Of a stretch of 64,000 bases of DNA, positions 47,891 to 62,495 are shown piece after piece; the first letter of the stretch is position 1; every line of letters starts with the position of its first letter. A program made the translations under genes and the position numbers. The stretch covers positions 558,001 through 622,000 of the forward strand of contig JAQGDQ010000029.1 of assembly GCA_030141605.1 (NCBI GenBank), read 5' to 3'. This stretch comes from Tubiluchus corallicola. Its lineage: Eukaryota > Animalia > Priapulida. Below the pieces are notes generated by a model. That model searched no databases and was not told the origin of the DNA. It worked only from the letters and a program-made list of their open reading frames with translations.

Positions 47891-50800
47891 ACCCGCAATT
47901 AGCTGACAGGGTAGCATTTTACAAGCACAGTACAAATCTTGGCAAGATTGCAACTTTTGTCTCTCCAAATCATGAACGAAAGATGTGTAACTTATATAAA
48001 AATTTGACACAATATTGTCCTGCTACCCAGTAAGATGTTGACCTTTTTGTCAAGCCTTAGTTTTTCGCCACACGCCATACTATTTTTCGCTCACTCTCGA
48101 TCTACCAGGGCGGTAAAAATCGCCCAAACATTTTACCTGAAATTGCTCAAATTCAGTAAGACTCTACAACATCCCCTTCAAAATGTTACTTTATTTATCC
48201 AATCAATCAACAAAATGCTATCCTGGGATTCATGAAACTACATTCAGCAATAAAATTATTATCAGAATTATAAAAGTGCTTCCCGAACGAGCAATAAATG
48301 TCAAAAATCCCCGAGGTTTTCTCTGAATTTATAAATGATGCCGCGCTGCCAGCTACTAATCCTTCTTGTAATCGAGTTGTTTGCTATGTTCGTTTAATCA
48401 TTATACTGGCGCGCTAATGGTATAGACGTATATAGATCAAAAATGATTTTCACGAATGTTTAACAGAGTTGGGTTGTCTTAGCTGACCCACAACCACCCA
48501 TGAAAGCTACAAATTCTGACCCATAAACCGATCGAACCGCGACAATCCAAGGAAGCCTATCATACAGCTACCCACTGAATACACACACATATGTATTTCT
48601 GATGAAGCCCATAAAAGAATAATTATGATGCCTTGGAGTATTTTCTGAATTTAATCATTTCGTGAACATAACTAGGCATAACAATGCTGAACTAAGCATA
48701 TGTGATTCATAACGTAGTCTCTGCATTCCTGTAAAATGAGCATTGCACAATCAAAGAAGGCACTCTCTATACCACTGTGAATTAAGACTACGTGACCCAA
48801 CTCGTTTCCATTCTACACTTCTGTGAATTGAATTTACGTGACCGAGACCTATTCTTTTTCCCCTCGTGAATTCAGCAATACTTGGCCAACTGTCCTGTTT
48901 TTAATTCTACACTTTAGGGTCTGAAACTGTATTGAGTTTATGTAACTTTTTTATAAACTTCGCCTATATAAAATTGTTTCATTCTTTGTTTGGAAAAGAA
49001 TAAACCAATAAGTGTAGACAATGATCATTTAAACCTTTCTTCTAAATTTGTGGCTGAGTGTGATGAAAGATTAAAGTTTAAAACGTTTAAAATTGTTTGG
49101 GAGTTTCATACAAGACTTTTTTGCACGTTCCAATTGCACATTCTGCCTCAGTTAGAGTTCAAGAGGACGCGACTTTTAAGTTTATTTTCATAACTGTAAA
49201 ACTGCTGACAAGAAAATATACTTCAGCTGCGATGAAATTCTTTAAGGTGGAAATTTCCAAATGCACAGTTTTGCCTTTCAGTCGGCGGTACAATCCAGCA
49301 TCTATTTTATTTTTTCAAAGAGATCAGTTTTCATCTGCACCCTGATTTTATCGTAGGTTATCCAGGGAGAAAATTTCTATTTCCGGGGGCCGCCATTTGT
49401 AGCAAAAAATACAAAAAGCTAAGAAAAGGCACATTACCATCAAAACAGCGTACAAAAATATAAAAAGGATATGTTCCCTCGGATCCAATGGTAGTGAGTA
49501 AATACCCCCTCTTAATATTCAAAACAATGCTAAATTTAATCAATCTAGAAACAGTTGGATTAAATCACTTCAATTTATACACTAAAGACAAGGGAAATAG
49601 GTGGGACGGGCAGGATAAGACGGAATGGCTGCAGAAAGTTAACTATTTTCATCCAAAAATCTTCAGGCCTTTTTTCCCGATGTGTTTCAAGTTTTTTTCT
49701 GCTGCCTCTCCCCGTTAAAGCCGCTGACTTGTATGGCTTCTTGGCTTCAAATGCTTCTTCAGCTGACGACATTGAATGTCCTATAAATCTTGCTGTAAAC
49801 GCACTCGCTTTGATTAAAAGACCATTCTCGCTAGCATTGAACAAATATTGGCAATGAAACAAAAAAGATTTCTCAGCCGCTCTAACAAAGCAAATGGTTT
49901 CTCGATGGAACAACGTTGGACCAACATTAAATACCATCGAGCACCATATGGCCGTCGTGTCTAACTACGCACATACGTGTGTGAGATTATCTGCTATGAA
50001 GTTTTACTGTGCAGGGCACGCGTTCCTACATCCATACTTAGCTTTCTCACTAAACTGGACCTACCTAATTTCAAGCATCAGTGCACTACACATTTCGGAC
50101 AAGAGAGCTTAAGACACATTCTTGGTACCGCTGCAGAAGTTTATGACCAAGTTCTTTCAACATAAAGGACAAAGTCTGGACACATATACAAACGAAAACT
50201 GTTCTGGACGCAGCAAAAACTCATTTTGGACTCTGATTATAGAGAGTTTAATCAAAAACTTAGATACATCATATTTTACAGCAAAACAACACCTATTCAA
50301 ATTCTATGTCTAAATCACTGCACGCTTCCATGGAAAGATAAGTGTGTGAAGCGTAGGTGGTCTAACCAACCAGCCAACCACCCGTCGAAGCGTGCAGAAG
50401 GTTTTGGGAAAGACGGCAGAAGTTGTATAAATCTGGTAAGTCTTCTGAGCCGTAAAGACATATAAACAAGAAACGCAACAGCTGCGTGTTTTGGCACGTT
50501 GCGCCGACAACTGCTTATTGACCAAATAAACAAAAACCAGAAACAGACGACTTCCCTGCTGGTTTTTTAGAAAATACGTTTATTATTTATGCCACAACAT
50601 TGATTGCATCTGGCAGAACAAAAGTAGTAGACAAACCGAGTTCAACTCACAAGTTCGCTCATGTCATACCAGACCTCGAGCAACAAGTTAAGTCAAGACA
50701 CCGCAACTCTATACGCTATATACATTTACAATAATTTGCAAACGCCTCTTCAATGAGGTCCTAGTTAACAATATCAAGAGGAAGTCGTGGTTAATTATGA

Positions 50801-53800
50801 AAGAGCTGACACTAAAATATCTAAACTCTGATAAGTTTCTATTCTAGCAAGTTCTTAATGAGAAACATTTAATAAATTGTACTATTCGAAAGTGGAATAT
50901 AGGTTCGCTTGTATTATACGTACTCTAAACAAAAAATAATTTTGCAGTAATTCACTCCATTTTTTTCATTTTTATTTTCCTAACACCTGAGAAAAAGAAA
51001 TGATAACGTATTCTGAAAACTAACCTGTTTTAAAAATAAGTGGTATATACAAATAAAATGAGCAATTACTATTTAACCTCGCTCTATTTAACCTGGCTTT
51101 TATATCAATCAAACATATGAAAAAAGCAGCACAGAACATGATTATCACCAACCTCATCAAATGCCGACATTACTTTCAGAATAGGCTGCTTCGCATAGTT
51201 TTACGATGGAAGCCATACAGCCTATAAATCAATTTTTCTTGGATCTTTTACGTGTGGAATTTTTTTTACCAAAAATTTGTTTCCTCAATAGCAGCAATTT
51301 TTCTGTTTTGGGGCGATTTGAATATAGAAACAATTGTTACCACCCAGAAACTGCTGTTTGTCTCACCCGCCAGAAAATTTCTAAGAGTCATGTATTCTGT
51401 CAATATTGTCATCACCATCATCATCACTGTCGTCGTCGTCATCGTCATCATCAACATAGCGATCGTCATTTATCGTCGTTACTGTTATCACATTCACCAC
51501 AGCTTTCAACAACGCCGTCGTTACCGCCATCATTAATACTGCTAGTTGCAAACGTGTTTAACGTACACCTAGCATTATTCGCCGCCATACTTCTTTTACA
51601 TTAATTATTGCAAAAAGCCCTAGGCGGTCTTTCTTAATGCAGCTTTCAAAAGCCGAAAAATTTATTTTATGCCTCAAACAAAAAAATACTTACTTCCGGC
51701 CATTAGACATGAATTTATATGCTTGAAAGAAGAGTACATATCGAAAAACAAACCCCCAGGTTGAAAGACCAAACTCAGCTTGTTTGTTCGTATGCTAACA
51801 CTGATATCTAGATTATACTGTTTGTATTGATACAGAAAAGAGTGTGGTGTGCTGACATCAGTTTCCTATCCTCAAATTAAGCTGAACTTAAGCTGCAATT
51901 ACCGGTAATTGGATCCTATGTTCTTATTCCGACGAGAGAGAAAGGGTTCAGACACCGGTGAATTCCCTAAGCGGAAAGGCGCATTGTTAACCTGCTGTTA
52001 AAACCGTCAACCACGACACCCACCAGAGAATGGCGCAAATTAACATGATAATGGGTAATTGTGTACTTAGGCTGCCTGAGTAAACAAGGGAGACAATAGA
52101 ATAGTATTATGGGGATACATGAAAGCTATGTCTGGCTAGATTTTAGAAAATTAAAAGTTCTGAAAAACATAAAAACCACAGTTCCGTGCTTTGTAGTCAA
52201 CGTATCCACTTTAAAATTTTATGCCGAAGGAAAAACAGTGTGACAAAGAGTACTACAGGGTTAAGAGTATTATGTTCCCTGGGAGAAAGAAGTGCGATAG
52301 TAAAAACTGGGAAATGATGAAAATTATGCAGAGAGGAGATAAATGTTAATACAGTAATATCCAGTGGCATTTGGCCACAGCTGAGAAAAGGTCTGTAACG
52401 GCAACTTGGCTATTATGTGATGTTTGTAATTTAAGAAAACCATGTTTTGAACATCCGCGGCAGAAGTATGCCATGCAGGTTTACAGGCACACTCGCAGTA
52501 GGTTTTGACAGTGACGCACTGAAGCCTTTAGCAAAGCAGCCCATTCTGCTTTAAGGGCAACAGGTCAGATTTTTATCTGAGTGTGAAAGAGCGCGAACGT
52601 TTTATAAATTTCAGTTACGTAATCAGCTTAATGGAAACTATGTGTGGAGTTAATAATATTGAAAACAAAAACAAATTTCTTAGAAAGGGACGTACTGACC
52701 ACGTAGTGTTATAACCCGAAACATTACATAGACAGAAAAAGGAAGATACGAGAAGGGGCGAAAAGAGGAAGAGAACAGGAGGGTAAAAGAGGAGTACAGA
52801 ACAGCAGGATCTTTCCAGGCATCACGCTTCATACTGCATCAGGCCCGTGATACGCTAGTAATCCAATAGGTGCAATAATCTTATTAAACAAATATAAACA
52901 CTTCATATTAAATTAGGCTACTGAATCACAAATGGATGAATTTAAGGTTGACCATAATATTTCATCACATTTATAATATTGTATCATATTTGCCACACGT
53001 AAAATGCAAATATGAAAAGTTCACAATAAAATTATTTAAAATATCCGATTTTAAAACGGCCCGAAATGTAGGAAAACACTTGTGTACTCAGTGTACAAAA
53101 TCTCGGGGCTTTGTTCCCTGATTGCGCTATTAAAATTATGTACACCCTAAGTGAAAGTAGATAGTTGTCTTGTAGTACTTCCAGGAGTCTTGTAATTGCA
53201 GCAGGACAAGATAAATGTTCCCGCTTACCAAATTAGATGCCTAACCTTTTCCACATAGTCAGCAAAATGGCGACCTCGACCTGCGACGGTCATGCATTAG
53301 CTTAGTGCCCTGGTCGATTTTTTTTAGTCGACTTTGTTCAGTCAATCTGTGACGCCAAAAACGATATTTACCCTGGTAAGCTACATATGTATATCCGTTA
53401 CAGTTAGTTAAATCATTCAAACCCAGAGTTCCTTTAAACGAAAAGCAAGCATCATTAAATACCACTCATATATTCAACGAAAATTTATTAAACAAGTTTA
53501 AGAACCATAATCAGAATGCGAGATCCGAATAAGTGTAGAATAGCAATTAAGGCAAGCTGTTGACATTTGTAATTTCGTAGTAATTTCCTTACTGTTAACG
53601 CGAGTACACTCAAGTCCTTCATAATTTCCAAAAAGCAATATACATTATGTCAAATTAACTCATTCAGTTTTGATTGCATTAATGATCTTTCCATTATATC
53701 TCCGTGTACGTATCCCTCAATCAGCTATCCCACTTCGATTATAATAATGATTATAACAAACGGTCTCTTGTGATTCAATCATCAGTAGTGGCATGATTAT

Positions 53801-54635
53801 ATCTGCTGTCCCACGAGGCGGATCGATATATTAATGGTTCAGATGGTCCTTTCATGGCAAAATCATAGTCGTCGTGAATGTGTATTGATTACTAGCGTGC
53901 TTAACAGCAACAGGAAGCCATTGTGGTGCGGCTTCCGCTTGAAAATTTGCTGTATTATTTACAATTCTTTAAAAATTCTTTGGGAGTTTCAACATCTGGT
54001 GAGGTAAGGGTTACGCAGAACCGGGCTAAAACCAGAGTCGAGAAGGCAGCGTAAAGTAACACCTATATCTTCTAAAGGCTTTAATTATATACTTCCAGAT
54101 AAAAACATAGTGCCAATTCTTTTGGGTCATAAAAACCGTCACATTTGCCGGTTTAGAGTCTCTTATGATATGATTATCATTGGTAATTAGCTAATCCTCC
54201 ACAGCCACTACTGCAATAAATTCAATTGTTTGTCCGCTTTTCATTTGTTTTTTATTGTTGTTGTTGTTATTCGTTAATGTATTTCTTTGTTTGTTTGTTC
54301 ATTTTTTCGTACTTGCGCTTGTATGTTCGCATATTTCTTCTTACCTTTATACATTTATTCATTCACTAATGCAGGTATTTAGTTATTCAGTCTGACTGTT
54401 CATTGCTCATTCAACTGTTTATTTGTTTGTTTGAATTGTTCATTCGTTTATTCTTTCGTTTTTATATGCACTCACCTACATTTTTATTTCTATATTTAAT
54501 CGAATTCATTCGACCTTTAATTCAAATCTGGTGAGCAATTCATACTTTTGACTGAGTGGTTTGAGAAGATAACACATAAAATTTTATCATAAAATTCAAT
54601 CCCTTCGTTTCTTTGCACTGTTCAATGCAGTTTTC

Positions 54636-54704
<69 letters not shown>

Positions 54705-54707
54705 CTC
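54636..54707. repeat. (CT)n microsatellite
   Basis: Directly visible. Confidence 0.95.
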
Positions 54708-55576
54708 TTTTTCGTCGTCGTTGTCTTTTGCCTCGCATTCGTCACCACCACAATTACTATGATAGAATGTTTTTTTTTTGCAAATTAATGATTTGCAAGC
54801 TCTGTTAGATAAATAAATGATTATGTGGCCGTAAGTTACAAAATTAGTCATTCAATCTAACGATTGTTGACTGACAGCAAATGTAAACAATAATTTCCAA
54901 CAGCAAAAAAGGTTTTCCGTTAAAGGTTTTAATAATGCAAATTGTCACAAGATTATAGGTTCACACCTTTTGGGGGTGCCTAAAAAATCCGGGAATGATT
55001 GCTAGTTATTACTAGCTAGTTTGACAGGCCTGAAAGTTTCGTGGGAATTTAGAAGTTTCTCTAAACTGTTAACATCAGCAAACACAAATTCAGCACGTTC
55101 ATCAAAGACCGGCAATTCAATTCTGTTGTTCCAAGATTTACTCGACAAATGAATAAGACCCAACTGTTGCGCGCATGCGCAGAAGTAAGACGCCAAATCA
55201 TTGCACTACAAAGAGGTCGCAACTAGTCAACTTATTTGGTCATAAAAACCCCAAACAAATCCCTACAGAATCTTATCACTTTCGTCTACTACACCAGCTT
55301 TTTAGCTGTTCCAAAAACTAAAGACATATATTCTACAGACACTAACTATTTCTGTACTATCTACAATCTCAAAACTTTGGAATTCAATGCAAAAATAATT
55401 AACCATCACAACACTTACGATATAAAAAAGATGAAAATATATCATTAATACCTATTTATACTCGTTTTCGCTTTTGTGTGCACAAATTTAATGTTTATGC
55501 ATGTAGTGCACATTTACAATATTTTCACTAGCACTTGCTTAGTGTAGATTTCATATTTTTAGTAATGAATTTTGTT

Positions 55577-55655
55577 AATAACAACAACAAAAACAACAAC
55601 AGTGACAACAAGAACAACAACAACACCGACAACAACAACAACAACAATAACAATA

Positions 55656-55729
<74 letters not shown>

Positions 55730-55750
55730 AATAATAATAATAATAATAAC
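55577..55750. repeat. (AAC)/(GAT)/(AAT) compound microsatellite
   Basis: Directly visible. Confidence 0.95.
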
Positions 55751-55777
55751 AAAACTATTGTGATTTATATACGCCTA

Positions 55778-56496
55778 TAGGGTGTCTCAAAAGTCAGTAT
55801 AGACTAGACTGATTTATGATTTTTTTTTTTTAATTTTTCATCCAATCTTAACAAACTTTAGTTTTAATCAAAAGCGCTCAATGGGGCTACTCTTTCTTTT
55901 TTTAATTTTTGATTGTTACCCCATTACTATGGCGACGGCACTAAAGTTAGAAATAAGGTGCAAAATCTCATCCCAATAAGCAGTCTTTCGATCAAAAACT
56001 GGAGTGTAACGAAAATTCAAAACAGCATATGGACCACACCTTGTTCTCTTTATCATTAATAATGTGGCTTTGCAACAAGGTGAAGCCCTTCGTTACTGCT
56101 CACAAACTGAGAGAAACTTTCGTAAAACAATATGTCTGATTTGCCACTGTTTCCTGCACGAGCTTCTTTCGACTGAAAATTTGGAACTTTCAAGATTTGA
56201 CATCTTGCAATTCTTTACAAACACGCTAACAGTTACAAAGAAAGCTAAGGCACCTTCGACATTCTCCCATTAACTCGAAATAACTGTAATTAGAGATTGC
56301 TGTACAAACATTTAACTGGAAATGCGAGTGTGAATCGTTAACAGTAAGGCTTAGAAAAATTACCGGAAATAGAGAAGCCTATTAGTATAATAGTTCTTTT
56401 CAGATTTTGGTCTAATTTTATCTGTAGCAATTTTCCAAGCATTTTGTTTTCTTTGTTAAAAAATATGACGTGTATACTGACTTCTGAGACACCCTG
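55778..56496. mobile_element. Tc1/mariner-type MITE (719 bp)
   Basis: TA flanks; TIRs TAGGGTGTCTCAAAAGTCAGTATAGAC and GTGTATACTGACTTCTGAGACACCCTG. Confidence 0.88.
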
Positions 56497-56715
56497 TAGG
56501 CCCCTCTACATCTAAGTCGGATATTCAGAAGTCCTATCTAAAAGTAAGAGCCACCCCAGTTTTGCTGACATTAAACGCGCTTAATTTTTTAGATATTATA
56601 GAAAGATAAAGAGCGCCTATTCATTTTCTTATTCGTGTCAAATAGAGTAGATCTAAAGACGTATTTTCACTTTAGGCTTGGTGACATTTGCCGCCACCGC
56701 ATTAACAAATCTTAA

Positions 56716-57254
56716 CGGAAGACCGGACGATTGTTTAGACTCAATCTCATCTTAATTTACTGTCTAAAATATACATTTTCTTGTCTGTAAAAGTGAGCAA
56801 TTATTTCTTATATTTGAATAATTAGCTTAGAAAGTTAGGGTAACCGAACACAGCTATTGCTTACATCAGAAACTAACCATAGTTTGTGCAATGGCAGGTA
56901 TCTTCCCTTGCTCGTCAAGCACGTTTGTGTAAGTGTTACTGTTTAAACGCTTGATGTCACGAAAATGGGCTCTACATCATATGACATCAGAAACTGACAC
57001 AGTAGTTCATCATCACTGTTATCACTGTACTCGTCTTCTATTTGTTGGCCACGCGAATGTGACAAAAAGACGCCGCTGCCAATCTTAGTAGATTTACTGA
57101 GCCGAGCGTAGCTTTGAAAGTTTAACAAAATTTGAGTATCCGAGGTAATTGTTATTTAATCCAAGCTTTGATTTAAAATAAGCTATTGTAGTTTTCAATA
57201 TTTCAGAGCATTTTTTATTCTAAACTCATGTTTACACAATCATCCGGTTTTCCT
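56716..57254. mobile_element. Kolobok-like element with family-A-type TIRs
   Basis: TTAA then CGGAAGACCGGA...TCCGGTTTTCCT then TTAA. Confidence 0.65.
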
Positions 57255-57806
57255 TTAATATGCAGAAAAGGGGTATGGCTTGTTTGGTTTGCAAAAGTAA
57301 CCTTTGATTTTTCACCTTAACAGTCATTCCAGCTAAACAAAGTAACAAGTAAGGACTCTTTACAATGTGACAAGTTTTCCTAGATCTTGTGTGATGGTAC
57401 ATCAGCATCAGCTGTTCTGGATGAACGGGCGCATGGTCACGACCACTGTAACACTAAGCTTCTTCAATATGGGCAAGCACATACATCTTTCCCTTTACGT
57501 AAATATGCTTTTTCATAAGTTTCTGTAATTTAAAATTACGAAAAATATGGCCTTGAACTTAAAGACTCCTTTGTGTCTAGAGATGTGTCTCGGTTTCAGA
57601 CAAAAAACTTGCTATGGATTTAAGTTAATTTGAATGAAACGACCAGTAAAACATTTATGTTTCGCTATTTCAAAAATTTTGCAATTTTAGTATTATGAAA
57701 CTAAGCAACTGCAGAGTAAACATAAATGAACTATATGATATGAAATTTTACAGGTTTGTAGGTGTTTGATTAACTACTTACGTTTATGGTACATTATATT
57801 ATACGG

Positions 57807-57815
57807 AAAGAAAAA
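57807..57815 (-). terminator. Pol III oligo-T terminator of the 5S gene
   Basis: TTTTTCTTT at the 3' end on the minus strand. Confidence 0.8.
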
Positions 57816-57933
57816 GCCTACAGCACCTGGTATTCCCAGGCGGTCACCCATCCAAGTACTAACCAGGCCCGACGTTGCTTAACTTCGGTGATCAGACGAG
57901 AACCGGTGTTTTCAACGTGGTATGGCCGTAGAC
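57814..57933 (-). rRNA. 5S rRNA: 5S ribosomal RNA gene
   Basis: GTCTACGGCCATACCACGTTGAAAACACCGGTTCTCGTCTGATCACCGAAGTTAAGCAACG...TAGTACTTGGATGGGTGACCGCCTGGGAATACCAGGTGCTGTAGGCTT; intact boxes A and C; paired ends. Confidence 0.97.
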
Positions 57934-60900
57934 GCTGTAATGTGTTCAAAGTCTACTAATATGATCGATAAAGTTAAACTACGCATGTGCAGTATGCGCG
58001 AGCGCGTAAAAATTACAAACTGCACATGCGCGGTTTGTTTGCCTAGTGTAAAACCGTAAGAGAATCCTGTGTAATACATGTACCTTGCTTTGAAGTATCA
58101 TTAGAAAGGCCGCGTAATCTTTCTGAAGTCACGTACCGAAAAGTCTCAAATAATTTGAAATTTTATACATAGTGATTGTCCTACCCAGTCTCTCTTGGTT
58201 ACAAACTCTGTTTACGACTCAGTTTGAATTTAATATGATCTTTATTGGTAGAAACTAATTATTACTGTTATTTCTTGCACATAGGCCTGAGGTATATAGC
58301 TGGATTTTATATTATTTGTATATTAAATTTTTCTATGATATAACGATATGCGTGCATGTGTATTAATATTTTTCAAGTATGCATAATATATTAGAACTTT
58401 GGTTCTGCAACAACAGCTTCAATTTAATTCACTTTTATAGAATGCTTATCACAGGGCCGAGGACACTGTCGTAATTATTGAAAACGCAGTAAGCGTACCA
58501 TGCGCAGCTAGTGGATTGAGTCGTGGTCAAGTTCAACCGAGTCCTTGTTGAATTTACTTCTCAGATTTATTAATGACAGCTAAATAAAAATTCTTTAACT
58601 CGGAATCTGGAGAATGTCTGGCGTAGTCCAGATGATGCAGAAGTCAAGGGTCGTTTCGTTACATTCGTTTTTTACATTAGTACCCTGCGATTTATTTTTA
58701 TTTCTGTAAGATTGTAAAATTTTAATAATGTTTATTTTTAATTTTTTATTTTGCGGTTATTTTCAAGTTATACAGCAATACATTGTATTTAAAAATCAGT
58801 TTTTACTCCATAAATTACATATTTAGTATTATGTCTTTGGTCCGCCGTAGAGTTTGTTGAGAATTTTTCAATATCACATTATTACGTACAATTAAATTAA
58901 TTTGAAAAAGTTGAAAATTAAATTCTTCTCAAGTTTGCTTTTAAATCATTATTAAATCACTATAGTTTAGGTCTATTAATATAAATCACGTCTTGCGCAA
59001 TATGTTCATTATTAGTGTAATGTATACTCGCTTGTCAATTGTTATGTACTATTTTCATAACAGATAATAATTGTCGAATAAGAGCTCTTCTGGGCTTGTG
59101 TTTTTATTTGATTATAGTCGACAATAAATAAATTTTCTTATTTTATCTTACATTTTCATGCTAAAACCTGTAAATCACGTTTGAGTGACTTGATCCACAA
59201 TTATACAAAAATTCTGAAGTTAGTGGGCTTACATACCGGTTAATATCGGTGGGCCGTAGTCCACTGAACAGTGAAACATTTTCGTTACTTATTTGAGCAC
59301 TTTTCCTGAGACAGTGAGACCAATAGCTTAGCCTTAATTTCTTCGAAATAATAATTACTGGCTTTTTGCCACCCGACTCTATATTCATTAATTACTATTT
59401 AACTATACAGTGTTATATTTCACGTTTATACAAAACAAGAGGAACGAGTGAACTTAGTGAATTAAATTTAACTGCATTTTTGTCAACTAAACCTGATTGT
59501 ATCAATGTGTCCATCTATCATCTAAGTAAACATCTTAACTTGATCTTGCATCCGGTACAAAAAATGCTCGTTTTAACGTTTCCTGGCAGAAAGATGGATG
59601 AGTCAAGATGGTTCTGGAATCGCTACAGACAGATCAAGTTGCAGCTGCAGAGTTATCAGAGACGCTACTACTGTATAAACACGTGTTAAGACGAGAGTTC
59701 TGCAATCGTAAATTATAGTAACCTTGGCATGTCGTTAGAAGATGTAGGAGTTGGGCACCCCAGTGTGGAAAGGACTACCTCAACACAAATTTATCATATA
59801 GGCTAATATTTTTAGTGTCGGAGTGCAAAGTTAAATTTTTGAAGTTTTGGATGCTGTAGTAATCGGCACGAATATCTGGTAAACTGCTCAAAGCTAATTA
59901 TGACAAAGACAGCATAGTTTATCACAATGAAAAACCATGGGAATTGCTGAGCATTCATGGTATGTGTTTAGTCGACTAAACTTAAGGAAAGCTGAACCTG
60001 GTTAGTAATAGATAGGTGACCACCAGGAAAATCGCTTTTGCTTTCATGGCTAGCACCTCTACTATTTCCGTAGTTCGCCTTAGAGTGTTAGAGAAATTAT
60101 CTTTGAAAACGAGCAAGATCCCGTTCACGCCACAATCATCTTTGAGTAGGACAACCTTGAGTAGGCTCTCTACCGTTAAGTCGAAGATAAGACTTTCTAA
60201 AATGCCAGTTTGTATAAAAAGTACAACTTACTATATACATAACAATAATACTCAAAGTGAGTTAAGTGACAAAAATTTTGCCCTGCATTTTACACCAGAC
60301 GTTATCAAAATTACCATCATGTAAAAACATCTGATGACGCGTCTTCTGGTGACGCAAAATTTACAAAACATGACAAATGTTTCAGTCCAAGTTTAACTTT
60401 TTCTGTAAGTTGTTGCAAGTTAAATGCGAACCTATCAACCTAAGAAATTGTTAAAGAAACGATTGTCAACCTTATTATGTTGATTTCAAGGATTTTGATT
60501 TAAACTTTGTTTCTCGTTTTTTTAAATTTTTCAAGTAATGCGCAGTATTAAATGTTCAAATTGCTGGCCCCTTTGAAGTTTTCAAATAAAGGTAAGAGTA
60601 ATTGTCATTGACGACTTAAAACGTTTTTATTCTGGACTTTGAAGACGCAGACGAAATTTAACTTTCGAAACGGATAACGCTAAAAATACGTACTTCTTGT
60701 AAGAAAAATTGCCTTAGTATAAGTGGTTTCTGAGAACTGGCATATATCATAACAATTATATGACTATAAAGTGTTAAAGTGTTTAGTTGCTGCATTGTGA
60801 TATGCCATGAAACAAAGATATGGAAATTTTATCACCCATTAAAATTTGGTGTCAAGCCAACAAGTTGAAATTTTAAACCACAAACCTCTGCAGTACACTG

Positions 60901-62340
60901 GATTTTGTTATTGTTGTTGTTGTTATTGATGTCGTTGAGCTGCTATTGTTGTTGTCGTTCTTATTGTCATTATCGTTGTCGTCGTTGTTGTTGTTATTTC
61001 AAAGCCAAATTAACAAAAACGCGTGCGTGATTAAATGAAATTACAGGTCACATCGTGACAAATAATGAAAACAGTACCTGTGAAGTAATTTCAATGGTTA
61101 AGAATTTATTTGCCGTATTTCTTAGATGTTAAACCAACGATTGTTAAAAAATTGTAGATAGTATTTCTCAAGTAGAAGAAGCTACGATGTGGAACAAAGG
61201 ATGCGGAAATCAGGCAGCTATTGTCAGAAATGTGCAAAATGTGTCATGGATTTCACCCGAACGTGTGAATGACTAAAGTTACAAATCACACCATGACAGC
61301 TGCCACTCGCACAATTTTATGGTCAGACCTTGGTGGATTACAAACTCACAATAGCAGCTCAAAGGTTAATCCCTGTTACAATAAACCAGCAATGGTGGTG
61401 GAATTAGCCATTAGAATGGCACTTCAGCTTCGTACAGCTGTGATATACTCCTTCGTGAGTTTATTGTAATACCGTGGAACAAAACACAGAAAAGCAACCC
61501 TAAGTTTCGCCTTGCAGCAATTTGCACAAAATTTTTATATTGGACGCGAGTAGGAAAAATAAAGATGCAGTTAATCTTGGATTTCTGACAATGGGTCTCT
61601 TCGTCAAAGCGGCAGAAACTGGTAACTGAGCCGACTGGCCCGACTCTGATGATTATACATTAGCATTAGAAACGCATTGCTTAGCCCACTAACTTGGTGG
61701 TGGCGCCATCTAAAAAGAAAACGGTAATTCGCGCAGCTTCGTAGTTTGTTGGTGGCGCCATCTAAAGACAAAACGGCAACTCACACAGCAAACATTAGTG
61801 GCATTCTGGACAAAAGGTGGCAAAAGGCAATCATAACTCCAACTCATAAGTATAAGAGTGTTGTATGCAATATACAACATAATCATATAAATAAATAAGT
61901 TAAATATGCATAAAGATTATGCACAAAACGCAGTGTTATTAAAGAAAATTAGCCGTGAGAAAAAGCATCGCTCCTGGATAGTTGGACTTTTCATTAGGAA
62001 AGTGTTACAAAGTTTCTTTACATTTTTGAAACTAAATTAAATCCTATGATTAGCTATGCTTAGTAATCCTGTGATGATTGAACTTTATATTTTGATTTTT
62101 CATTATTGATCTTTCGAAATCTGCTAGGAAGTCGTATTCTGAGATCAGGCGTGAATAATTGTCATTTTATGTGTTTTCAGTGTATTTATCAACGATGACT
62201 GCTGAGCATAAATCGAGCTAGCGGGTGTTTTTTGCGCCTCTAGCTTTTTCGACCTCTGTAATCGTAAACAGTGGTTGTAAGAGATTGACGAATTACGGAC
62301 AAATAAACGAAAAATGCCAATTTTCGTTCATTGACCACTC

Positions 62341-62495
<155 letters not shown>

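Noticed and set aside
53820-53910. Gypsy RT-like remnant (MCIDY..LN)
   Set aside because: Too short and degenerate to support a call.
59990-60047. Minus-strand signal-peptide-like start MKAKAIFLVVTYLLLT
   Set aside because: Weak donor and no phase-compatible downstream exon giving a recognisable protein.
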